Of a stretch of 64,000 nucleotides of DNA, positions 11,109 to 22,621 are shown piece by piece (within the stretch, counting starts at the first letter, position 1; each line of letters begins with the position of its first letter). Below the pieces are notes generated by a model. That model made no database searches, was not told the origin of the DNA, and saw only the letters and a list, made by a program, of their open reading frames with translations. The position numbers were made by a program, and so were the translations under genes. Source of the stretch: Eledone cirrhosa (taxonomy: Eukaryota); contig OZ024741.1 of NCBI GenBank assembly GCA_964016885.1, positions 298,530,001 to 298,594,000 of the forward strand, written 5' to 3'.

Positions 11109-14100
11109 CTATAGTCTGATGTAGAGTGAAGGCCCATTCACACGGGCCATTCTCGCCACTTTCACCCATCTTTCATAGAAACGGCTGGGGTGCAGCACCT
11201 CTCTCTCCATCCTGATCCTTCTTCCGAAATGATATCGGAAGAAACGGACCAGTTGTTGGCCAGAGAGAAAGGTGCCTGACCCCAGTCCTTTCAGACGCGT
11301 CCACCATACAACCTCTTTCGCCATGGCTATTACGCACAGAAACACCGCCTCTGCTTCATCTTTGAAGGGGGGAGGCGGCTTGATCATTACAATAGACTCG
11401 GTGGTCAACCGGATCGGTCCCACCCTTGACAGCAGTTGTTCGACATAGCCCCACAGATCGGCTACGCCCGAGCAGTGTACCAATGCGTGTGCAACGGTTT
11501 CCTCGTCGCACACGCATCTGGGACAGATCTTTTTGGCGGGGTTCCTACCCGGGCGCCCGTGTCTGTAGAGCCTTTCTCGAACGGGTAAAGCCCCTCGGTA
11601 GCACTGCCAGGCCAGGGACTTCTGGAAGTTGTCCATAGGTCCCGGGCTGAATGTCCTACCGAACAGGCTAGCCAGTTCGTCCTCCTCCATGTCTAGGGCT
11701 TCTCCGAGGGCGTCGTCGCACCTGCTGCGTACCAGCCCTCTATAGAATGTTGCGGTTGAGTCTCCACTGATAACCGGATCCGCCTGCCAGAGGGCGGTGA
11801 GCGCCTGGGCACACTCAGTGTGCCAGGCGCCCAGTTTTCTCGGTCTTTGCTTGACCCAGGATTGCAGCTCGGTGAGTGAGACGAGTCTGGGAAAGGTTCG
11901 TCTCACAAACGAGGCCCACACCGGTTGTCCGGTGAGGAATACGTAGAGGTGTCGTAGCCTTAATGCGTGTTTACGCATCATTAGCCACGGCATCCCCAGC
12001 CCTCCTTTCGAAGGGTGTTGACAGCAGATGGATCTCCTCACCATAGGAGCCCGCCTCTTCCAAAGGAATTGGAAGAGCGCGCGCTCCATCTTGGTGAGGG
12101 TTTCCCTTGGGCAGGGCACTACGGTCAGGCGGTAGTAGATGACGGACGCTATGTAGGTGTTCGCCACCTCCGCCCGACCTTTCAGGGATAGTTTGCAACT
12201 GGCCCACTTCTGGGTCAGTGCAAACACCCTGTTCGTAACCTCCGCCCAGTTTTTCTCCACCTGGAGGTCCAGTCCGAACCAGACCCCGAGCAACTTCACC
12301 GGGCCCTCCGTCCAGCGTCCGACGACGCCATCGGAGGTCATCGGTCTGCCCCTCCACGTGCCGAGTTGCAAACCGATCGACTTGTCCCGGTTCAGCTTAG
12401 CCCCTGTGAACTTTTCGTACTCCTCCAGTAACGTGCCGACCGCCTCGATTTCGGAGGCCGTCGACACCATTACTGTCACGTCATCGGCGTAGGCCGACAC
12501 CGCTTTCCGCAATCCCGGTTCCAAAGGGATGCCCTGCAACAACTCCAACTTCCGCAGTAGTGGCTCGAGAGTCAACACATACAGAAGGGAGGAGAGAGGG
12601 CACCCTTGTCGGATGGACCGCGCGATTTTGAACGGCTCCGAGAGGTAGCCGTTCACCTTGACCCTAGAGCAGATGCGGCTGCTGTGCATAGCAGTGATCC
12701 AGCCCCTGAAACGGGTCCGAAGCCTTCCGCCGCTAGCACCGCATCCAGGTAACCATGGTCGACCCTATCGAACGCCTTAGATTGATCCAAGTTGATCAGA
12801 GCCCCACCAAAGCCGGGTTCGTTCCCAACCCTCTCTATGATGTATCGCATGAGGTGGAGGTTGTCATGGATGGACCTGGACGGGATAGCGCATGTCTGCG
12901 CATCTCCCACGAGGTTGCCCACGACAAGCGCCAACCTCTTTGCTAGCACCTTGGCCAAAATCTGTAACTTTGTATTTAGCAGAGTTATGGGCCTGAAGTT
13001 ACTTATTTCGTCCCCCTTGTTCTCGTCCTTCCTCACTAGCGTGACTACGCCCTTGGTCACAGTACAGGGAATTCTCCCGTTCTGTTGCCAGTTGCAGTAG
13101 ACCGCCTCGAGGAGATCGGGGAACAAGTCCGGCATAGCTAGATATAATTCGTAAGGAAGACCATCGAGACCCGGGGATTTGCGTTTGCCGCATTGGCTCA
13201 GCACGTCCTCTATCTCAGCGGCCGAAATCGGCTCCTCGCAGGACTTCGCCTCCCTGTCCGAGAGGCGCGGAGGCCGTCGAGGTATGGACCGAAGTCCACG
13301 TTCCCAACCGGCTCCCCGCCCCTCCCGAACAGTCGGGCAATTTGCCTTTGAAAGGCCTCACACATCTGCTTAGGCTCAAGAATCGCCCGTCCATCCAGGT
13401 CTCGCAAAGACCGGATGGTGGATTTAGTTCCACTGTTGGCCTCTGTCACGCGGGCCCAGCTAACAGCTTTGGTCCCCTCGTTCCCTAGAGCACGTATTTT
13501 ACTTCGGACAACGCAGCCTTCGTGCTTCGCGTCGAAAAACTGGCTCAAAGCCGTTCTCGACGCTAGCACTCTGGCCACGTCGCCGCTTCTAATTGCCTCT
13601 TCTACTCTATCTATTAGCTCCCTTTCCTTCCTACTCCTATCCGCAGCTAGAACCTTACTAAATTCTATCGAGACTACTCTAATCTCTCTCTTTAGAGATA
13701 CCCACCACCTGCTGTTGACGATCGCTCCAGTCAACCGTTCCTTAACTAACGTACTAATCCGATTCCTGTAGGCTCTACTTGCCGGCAAGGACAAGTTGAG
13801 CTTCCAGTAACCGGGGCCCTGTCTATGAGTTCTGTCAAGGTTGACCATGCAGGTCATTAATTTGTGGTCTGAATAGCCAACCATGCGCATTTTTGGACAA
13901 CTTAAAAAGTCCTTATCCTTAATTCTAACTAAGAACCTATCTAGGTACGACCTAGATGATCCGCTACGATTTGCCCAAGTCCAGGTTGGCGCAGTCGGAA
14001 AATCTAGTCGATATCTATCGGCTAGGTCAAATCGACCGATTAACCCTTTGAGGATATTACACCCCTCTCTATCGGGGCAGGCCCCTACGTAGTCCCAGCG

Positions 14101-14544
14101 TGCATCTAGGATACCATTCCAGTCCCCCACTAATAGCAAGGAGCGGGACGTCTCTAGAAAAGTCTCCAGACGATGGAAGAAGTCCGGCCGCATAGACCCG
14201 AAAGGGCCGTAGGCGGCTACCAACCTAAACGCTCCGCCTTTACCACTGCCAAGGTCCAGAACCACTAGTCGACCCTCCGGGTCCAAATGTACCATCTGTG
14301 TTGTGAGACCCAGATGTTTTTGCAGCAGAACGACAACTCCACCCCCACCACCGGGCTGACAGAGAGATGCGTGCATCTCAAAGTCATCAAAGGTGGGGGC
14401 CAGCTGTCGCACGTTGCTGATCCGGGCCTCGCAAATAACCATCACATCTATACGTTGTGACCTGAGGTCATTTAGAAGCATTGCTTGCTTCCAAGTTGAG
14501 CCCAGGCCACGCGCATTTAAACAGCCTACTCTTAGCATAGCCAT
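11109..14544 (-). pseudogene. LINE ORF2 (APE endonuclease, reverse transcriptase, C-terminal zinc motif) with two frameshifts (~13270, ~12710)
   Basis: LNARGL, GDWN, SYLDRF, SDH (APE); KSPGLDG, FRPITLLN, DQSKAFDRV, QGCPLS, YADD (RT); CPRC..EETVAHALVHC; split across ORFs 13210-14568, 12653-13204 and 11109-12689. Confidence 0.92.
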
Positions 14545-14568
14545 GTTGGTGGTGAAGAGAAAAGGCAC

Positions 14569-16362
14569 TTACCTCTCTGCGTTCCGGGTATCGGGCTGCA
14601 CAATTTCCATTAGGGTGGGGGATGGGTTGTTGGGTGGGGTGGTGGTTTGTGGAAGTGTGGGGGCATCAGTGTGTTGTGTGGTTGGGGAGCTTGGAGTTGT
14701 GTGGGTGTTTGGGGAGGGAGTGGGATAGTTTTTTAGGAGGACGCGGTTAATGGGCCCGACACAGGGGGGACCCACGTCCTCTTTAAAATTGTTTTTTAAA
14801 GTTTTATAGGTGTCCTGTGGGGCCTTAATCATTTTGAGGTGGGGGAAATCCCCTGCCTGGGTGAAGTTAGGCCCTTGTGTTTTTATTAGATTGTTGTTGT
14901 ACACAATGTTTAACAGTTTTTTGTTTCTTGTGTTTATGTATGTGTATGCATGTTTTTGTTTTTGTGTGGTGTTTTTTGTTTGCTGTTGTTGTGAGCTCTT
15001 TTGTGTTGGTGTCAGTGTTATGTTTTGGGGAGGGGTTTTTTTCATTTGTGTGTCTGAGGTGTGTTTTCTTTTTTTTCTTTTGATTGTGTGGAAGTGCTCC
15101 TCCTCGTCTGACGACGAACTAGGGTCATCTTCCGCGTTGGAGGGGAGGGGTATATTTTCGGGTTGTGTTTGCGGTACGGGTGTTTTGGAAATTGTTTTTG
15201 TTTTTTGAGTGGAGGGGATGGGTTGGACATTGTTTTGTTTTGGTTTGAGCTGTGGTGGTTGTTTTTGTAGTGGTAGTTGTGGTGATTGTGTTGGTTGTGC
15301 AGTTGTTGGTGGTGTAGGCAGGATTGGGGTTTTCTTATTAAGTTGGGGACAGACAGCCCTCAGGTGACCTCTGGTTCCGCAGAGGTAACACGAGGGCCGT
15401 CTACCCTCAACGGTAATGTTGATGAAGGTTAGATCATCCAGTATGACGCGTTCAGGGATCTGGGCGATCCTTTCGGGCCTCATTTGAACTACAAGTTCGA
15501 GGCTCGTTCCACTGAACGCGTCACCCGATGCCTTTCCCATGGACACCAGCATGTCATCCTCCAGGTCCAGAAAACCTGTCAAAACCCACCATATGTCCAT
15601 AATCGGCAGGATGGTGTGGATTTTTATTTTTTGTGTTCTTCTACCCATGTACGTAGGGTAGAAGGTGTATGCGGTGGATGTGATTGGTTTGATGGACAGT
15701 TTCACTGCTGTGTCCCTGTCCTTCATGAGAATGGATAGACTCCCGTAGAGTCTATCCTTCTGAATGAAGGTGATGTCCTTCATGACGTCTTTTAAAACCA
15801 GCTCTATCTCGCTCTGTGATGGTTGAGCTGGTTTTTTACTTTTGTTCGAGATTGTCCTAAACATGACCGTGTTTAGGAGTCTCTGGCTTTTTAGTTCCGG
15901 GGGGGAATGGATTGTGAATGAACCATTTTCTCCGTACACTATATATTTTTTCGCATCCGCCAGTAGCTCCTTCGCTTTTGTTATATCTACTGGCAGATAG
16001 TCGAGGGTTTTCCTTGTCGTCTCGGCGAAGGAGGAATTTTGTTTGTTTGTGTTGTTGTTGTCGTTGGTGGTGTTGTTGTTATCATTGTTGTTGTTGTCAC
16101 CGTTATTGGTCTTGTTGTTGTTGTTATTGTTATTGTTATTGGTGTTGTTTTCGTCCGTCGCATTGTTGTTGTTGTTGCTGTTGCTGCTGGTTCTTTGGGT
16201 TGTTGCCATGGCAACGTCAAGTTGATGGTTAACAGGTGGAGAGAATTCTTCCTCTGGCTGACCTTTCTTCTTGACCTCTGCTACTGTGACAGTGGCAGGG
16301 GGAAGCTGTAAGTTCATCTTCCCCTTTCCTCCTTCGAATTTTGGTGAAGAAGCTTCGGCCAT
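14569..16362 (-). CDS. LINE ORF1 nucleic-acid-binding protein, 597 aa, open
   Basis: CYLCGTRGHLRAVC zinc knuckle, Asn-rich N-terminus, KRKKRK basic patch, directly upstream of ORF2. Confidence 0.88.
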   Translation of the reverse strand: MAEASSPKFEGGKGKMNLQLPPATVTVAEVKKKGQPEEEFSPPVNHQLDVAMATTQRTSSNSNNNNNATDENNTNNNNNNNNNKTNNGDNNNNDNNNTTNDNNNTNKQNSSFAETTRKTLDYLPVDITKAKELLADAKKYIVYGENGSFTIHSPPELKSQRLLNTVMFRTISNKSKKPAQPSQSEIELVLKDVMKDITFIQKDRLYGSLSILMKDRDTAVKLSIKPITSTAYTFYPTYMGRRTQKIKIHTILPIMDIWWVLTGFLDLEDDMLVSMGKASGDAFSGTSLELVVQMRPERIAQIPERVILDDLTFINITVEGRRPSCYLCGTRGHLRAVCPQLNKKTPILPTPPTTAQPTQSPQLPLQKQPPQLKPKQNNVQPIPSTQKTKTISKTPVPQTQPENIPLPSNAEDDPSSSSDEEEHFHTIKRKKRKHTSDTQMKKTPPQNITLTPTQKSSQQQQTKNTTQKQKHAYTYINTRNKKLLNIVYNNNLIKTQGPNFTQAGDFPHLKMIKAPQDTYKTLKNNFKEDVGPPCVGPINRVLLKNYPTPSPNTHTTPSSPTTQHTDAPTLPQTTTPPNNPSPTLMEIVQPDTRNAER

Positions 16363-16734
16363 TTAAAAAATATTGACTTTTCAACAAGAAAAAACTTTTT
16401 TTTTTGTTTAACTATTTCGCCTAAAGGCGTAGAATATTTTGAGAGACTGACCAGATCAAAGTTTGACCTGGCAGTCCCTCTACAAAATGGTACAAAAATT
16501 AAAGTTATCAGACAAGAATTTCTATAGAAATTTAAACAGAACTTACTCAGCAAGTTATACGCGTGTGTCCATCCCAATAGATAGATTGGCTGTCTAGATA
16601 TAAAATGAAATAAAAAAAATTAAAATAATCAAAATTAAGGAAAATAAAAGTCAACGAAAAACAAACAAAATAAAACAAAACAACCAGTATCGTATCATGA
16701 CGACTAGAATACTCTTAACCATTATCTCTGCTTG

Positions 16735-16975
16735 AACAGAAATGACTTGACGCTCGTCTTCTTCTTCTTCTTCTTGCTTGGCCTTTACACCTACTTCCCT
16801 TCTTCTGATTACCGAATGTTGAAGCTGGCACATTACTGCACCAGCTCTCGCAATTCTTACACTTAATTCAGCCTCCTGCCTTCCATCACACGTAAATACG
16901 GCCCCCGAGATTCTTGAACTTATCCACCTGCTTCAATAGAACTCCATTCACATATAGACTGACTTGATGTTAACA
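16735..16975 (-). mobile_element. RTE-like LINE RT/thumb fragment
   Basis: Reverse complement translates as LKQVDKFKNLG...ELSVRIARAGAVMCQLQHSVIRRREVGVKAK, across a frameshift. Confidence 0.6.
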
Positions 16976-19038
16976 ATTATATATAAACCAACAGTTGGGG
17001 ACCGAACTTCCTCAGTGTTAAGTATCTAAATCAATATTATTAATAAACCAACATGTAATTTACTTAGCACTATAAAGACACGAACTAATATCATTAGAAA
17101 AAATATTTTGGTGTGCGGATGAGAAAAAGAACCGCAATGCCTTACAAAAGGGAAGTAACTTTTACACTATTCCATCTTGCTAAGTTATTTCCCTTCATTA
17201 ATGCTATAATCTGAGGTCAGCTCACTGAACAAAAACAGTTGTTTTTTTTTAACAGCATTGAACGACCTGTTCTTTGCAACCAAGATCGCTCTCAGTGTAA
17301 TGTAATGTCTTATGAAAGAAAACATTGGATAGTGTTGTCTGTGGTATACATTTCCAGAAAATGAAATAATGACGCACGCATGATTTAGTGGTTAAGAAGA
17401 GGGATTGTTCAGTCTTGACACTAACTGTGTCACGTTGAACCTCCATGAGAATTACCTTTAGTGAACACGTGTCTGTGGAATATTCAAAGATTCATAAACT
17501 AATGAATCAGGTATACAGTTGATTGGAAAACTAATTTTTTTATCATTGAAACTGGTGGAGGATCCATTTTTCCTAAGGAAAATACATTTTGATTGGGTCT
17601 AGAATGGCTTAGTAGAATAGGTAACTCTGTTTGACGGACTGTGGATTGGTAGAATCGTTAGATAGTCGGACAAAATGCTTTGAGGAGTTCAAATACCACA
17701 TAGACAAACTCTGACGTTCATCCTTCGAGGTCTATAAATGAAGTACCGCTTCAGTAATGAGTTGATTGTCCCTCTATATATCTTACTCCATCTCTCTCTC
17801 TGTCTTTCTCATTCATTCTCTATTTCTCTTTCTTCAGAAAACATCAGTTGCGTTTGAGGCCTATAGAAAGATGGGCTCTTGTAGGTTTAAATACCCATTG
17901 CATCTATCACTACTTAGGCACTATATCTCAAATGATCACGTAAGGCTACATGACAAAGCCAAGACTCATTGGATTTGAAATAACAGCGATTTTCAACCCT
18001 TCTATTGTTAAACGATACACCGAATAAAAAGCTAAAAACACTATCAGCTTTTTTATATAAAAAAAAAACAAACGAATATTAGAATTATTTAAAATCAGAA
18101 ATCGACATTAATAATGTACTTTCCCCATAAAGTATTACACATACACCGGCGCGACGCATAAAAAACAGAGTTTTCTAAATATTCTGGTACTTTACGACTC
18201 ATCTAAAAATATGTGGCACACACGCGAACCGTACGTCGCACGCGAGTGTACCTTGGCGCAGTAGTTTAAAAATTTGAAGTAAAGGAATGATACTATATTG
18301 TATTTAGTTCATTGTACAGACTATCGTAGAGACTGCATCAGCTCTGGCACGGCCGCTCACACCTGGCTGTATTACCGCAAAGGAGGTGGATTAATAAAAT
18401 CTTTACTGGGTTGTACAAAATGGTCTGCTAAACTTAGTTATATTCTGAGTTCAAATCCTACTAAGGTAGTTTACCTTTTTTATCCTCCCATGTCAATTAA
18501 AGAAACCAATAATTCTGTAGTTAGAAATCAATATTCCAACAGTCCTTCCCTTTGAGTAGGCTCGTGCATAAGTAGGCTTGTGCAGCAAAAATTGTTGTTT
18601 AGGTTCATGGAAATCCTGAATGAATAGGTACATACACAGACAACCTAGGCCGCAACCGAATAAATGTTACACCATTGATTAGTATGAAATTGCTTATAAA
18701 CAGACATTGGCTTCCAGCTAATAGACGTTCTATTTCTTCCCTTTGCATTATATATCGCAGTTGCGCTAGTTCCCGCTCTTCAAAGTTAGCTGATCTCGTG
18801 CCATTTTTATTCTGACACTCTCGACTGATACATCTCTCTTTCTCTTGCCACCCATATTATACCCAACCACCGGGCTTTGCATTGGCTAATATACCCAACC
18901 TTTCTAATGCATCCAGATAGTCGATCGTCTGTAATTCCTTTCCTGTACATGTTTACCTGCAGCCGTTCAAGCGGAACGCTAACGTTATCAAAAGTCTCAG
19001 AGCACTGTTTAAATGAAATATCTCGGTAAAAACATTAA

Positions 19039-20245
19039 TTTTTTTCGGATGTTAAAATAAGTTTAATATGTTCTCTAAGTATATTCTTTTCATTATACCT
19101 TCAAGTAAGTAATTATTAATATATTCACGAATAATCTTTTTCATATACTTTATGTATAGTTTCACTATGTATTTATATATCTGTATATTTTTTGTTTAAT
19201 TTTGTTTAATTTTTTTTCCGTATGCATATGGAATGACAAAAATCAATCCCAGAGCTATAAAAGGCGTATATGAGCAAAGTGGAAAATTGAACTCGGAACA
19301 TAGAGACGTGAAACTACTGCTTGCTATTCTCCATCGTTCAATGACTAATTAATTGCACACTTTCACGCTGGTATTGCTTTACAAGTTGACATTAATTGAG
19401 GTGTTCAGTATAACCAGAAAGTATTATTTATTTCTGGTAAAAATAAAAGAAGCGTAATAGATTTGATTCGGAGAAAGTAATAGTTTTGGTGGAAATTGTC
19501 GACAATAAACATATATGGAGGAGAAGCCGGTTGGATTATTGATTAATTAAAAATGAATCAGTGGTTCTGAAATATATAAATACATGTTTGTATGTATGGA
19601 CCCGTAAATCCCGATAGATTCGTAGGGACGCTATAGTGGCAAGCAGCATCTCATGAACATTTTAAAGTTGGCGGAGCTCATCTCATCTCCAGGTGTGAAT
19701 ACAGTCAATTTATTCCAGAGAGAGAGAGAATTACTTTCAGTACTGGTCTGGTACTATTTTATTGACCCTGGAAAACTGAAATGTAAAGTTGAGATCGGCA
19801 GGATTTGAACGCAGAATGTCAAGAGCTAGAACAAATACTACAATGGCATTTTGTCCGACGCTCTACCAATTCTGCTAAATCCACTACCAAGACGCATATT
19901 TATATCCTTTTATAAGTTATTCAGAAGAAAAATTGCAGCATTCATGCAGAAAATTTTTGCATAGGTAGAGTTATTTACACACGTTATTTTAGAAAATTAT
20001 ATATAAAAATTTAAATTGATTTTATAAACCTTTATATAGCTTAGTGCATATGACTATGGAAAAATGGATATAGGAGAGTGAACGTGAATTAAAAAATATA
20101 CAGATATATAAATACATAGTGAAACTATACATAAAGTATATGAAAAAGATTATTCGTGAATATATTAATAATTACTTACTTGAAGGTATAATGAAAAGAA
20201 TATACTTAGAGAACATATTAAACTTATTTTAACATCCGCAAAAAA
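19039..20245. repeat. ~155-bp inverted repeat pair (19039-19193 and 20090-20245) with ~900-bp spacer
   Basis: cggatgttaaaataagtttaatatgttctctaag... and its reverse complement. Confidence 0.9.
19740..19890 (-). mobile_element. tRNA-derived SINE
   Basis: ggtactattttattgacc...aaagttgagatcggcaggatttgaac is the reverse complement of the SINE consensus seen at 35611. Confidence 0.7.
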
Positions 20246-21919
20246 AAATCAACATTACACTTTGAAAAGATTTATTTTCAAGCACACCGTCTAACGTCGT
20301 TGAAAAAGGCATGCATGTAACAATACGTCTGTACATAGATCTCCCAAGAGAGACACGCAAAGAATAAGAAAATGTTTTATTTGCTTGAAGTAATTAGTGT
20401 GTTCTGGAGGAAGATGTGTTCATGTCGTTTGCAGGAACTTCGTTTAAGATGTTGCAAGTGGACAGATACAAAAACGGCATTTGCAAGAAGGAATTTCCAG
20501 AGGTTCAGCGTTCTGGGAAGGAAAGCCTGAGCTTAGTTATTAGTGTGGGACTTACAGGAGATGGACACAATATGGGTGATAAGAGTGAGAAGGACGAGTA
20601 AATGGGGGAGTGCTTGAGAGAGGAGGTGTAATGTACACTAGCTAGAGCCAAGGAATTGTGGCCATAAGTCTAGCTACACGACATCCATGTTTAAGCCCTC
20701 TCACAAAGCATTTCAAATGTCACCATAATAATGTAGATGTTTTAAACATGTGTGGGAGGACATGATGGCTAGGATTTAGGAAATTTGTTATTGTTGACCC
20801 GATTACACCCCCAAATAAATTAATATGAACGATAACATTACAGGGTCGTTTACTGCAAGTGACTTATTGTTTTTGAAATCTGAGAAGACAGGCTAGAATA
20901 GAAAATGTTCTACCATATATCCTGCGTCATATCATTACTTGACTTTAGCTATATGAGATGTAAGTTGGTGTCGGCACTTTTTCCAGACATTAGCAAACAA
21001 TTTATTGGAGCCTGTTGCTGGTAGTATTTAAGTTTCAGTGGAACAATTACAGGAAGAGTGGTTCGATGGCTTTCTTTCGGTAAATGAATGGAACACTTTT
21101 AGAATATAAAATGTTCTCAATGACCCTTTGATTGATGTAAAACACTTCTGGAGGTAATCTTTGAAAAATAAACTGCCTTTGTATGGTGAAAGATTTGAAA
21201 ACCAATCAAACACTTAATTATTTAACAATAAAGAATGAGTCCACAAGAACTGCGTATGTTTTTATTGGCAAAATGACAGTCACAGAGTAAAATTAATTTA
21301 CAACTGCTTTTCATACTAAATCAATAAGAATTTATCATACACCATCATGTTATTATGTTCTATATCTGCGTCACTTCACTCACTCACTCACTCTCGCAAC
21401 TCCCTTTGCAGAGTTTAGCTTCTCCCAAAATAATATAGATTCTTTTGACTGTGGTTTTGCACAAACAATTATTATAGTAAACTTTTGTAGCATAACTTTC
21501 ATTCCTTTAGGTTTAACGTTGTGACTCTACCTAAGCTGACATTACATTTCCTCATTCTCGTGGGTCGTTGAAACAGTTATCGTTCTAGAGTTAAGGTCGA
21601 TTATATTATACTGTCAACAACTCCTTCCAATTCCCCAGTTGACTGACAAAATCCTCAATGCATAAAGAACATTTCATCCTTCCCGGGGTAATAAAATAGA
21701 ATACCAGTAAAAAAGTAGTCCAGATCTCGGAACGAATCTTATAGTACATTTTGTCCTTTAAGGGTGGGAAGGAGTATATCAAGGTGAGAGAGAAAGGGCA
21801 TACCTGCTCCTCGTAGTTAATGTATAACAGTTCGTAGACTTTGCCATTTATTTCATTAAGGCCTCCTACGTTCTAGTTTCAAATACCGCCGAGGTTAACT
21901 TTACCTTTCCTCGCAAAAC

Positions 21920-22376
21920 TGTTGGGAGAGATTGGTGTTAATGGATATCGAGAGAGGGATACTCAGTATGCCGTGTGGTTATATAGAGAGGTAGAGAGCT
22001 TGATGGTATGGATATAGAGAGGGGGATAATTAGAGTGTTTTGTATGAGAGATTATGCATAGAGAGTGTTGTATGGTAGATATAGAGAAGAATATTAAGAG
22101 AGATTTTTATGTAATAGATATTTAGAGAGGGGGGGGGGGGTACTACTGATTGATTTAGAGAAGGGGATTGGGAGAGAGGGTTGTGTGGTAGGCATAGAGA
22201 GGAGGCGAGGTTGGCGTTAATTGATATATATATAGAGAGATAATGAGTGTTGTAAGGTAAATGTAGAGATAGGGAGAATTTGGTGGTTATTGGTATAGAG
22301 AGGGGAATCGAGAGAGATAAATGTAGATAGTTATTGAGAGGGGAATTGGGAGAGAGTGTTGCATGGTAGATATAGA
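21920..22376. repeat. GA-rich degenerate minisatellite (gatatagagagggg units)
   Basis: Same motif resumes at 27620. Confidence 0.8.
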
Positions 22377-22621
22377 TTTCTATTTATTTGCCACCAGGGC
22401 ATCAAAGATTGGGACAAATACAAAGGGGGGGGGGGGAGTTTACATACATTTAAAAAGACGTGTAAAAAACATATAACAAATTAAATTTAACAATCGATGT
22501 CCTCAATAGGGAGGGGCGTTGACATGGGTCGCACACACCCCCGAAAAAATGTGCAACCCTCCTCTTCAGGAGCACAAAGAGCGGGTGCTTCCTTCCTCTT
22601 CTCATTCTTCTCCTCTCTCAC

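Larger units (their letters stand above)
10848..16560 (-). mobile_element. Tx1/L1-clade non-LTR retrotransposon, near full length (copy 1)
   Basis: ORF1 with CCHC knuckle, then APE endonuclease, RT and C-terminal Cys/His domain; 3' end shared with copy 2; 5' boundary uncertain. Confidence 0.93.

Noticed and set aside
16362-16700. TSD or specific target (snRNA/tRNA) for LINE copy 1
   Set aside because: No matching duplication or RNA-gene sequence found at either end
18560-18960. Possible old LINE fragment
   Set aside because: No diagnostic motif could be read with confidence
20280-20750. Possible CR1/L2-like 3' fragment on the minus strand
   Set aside because: Too decayed to support by eye
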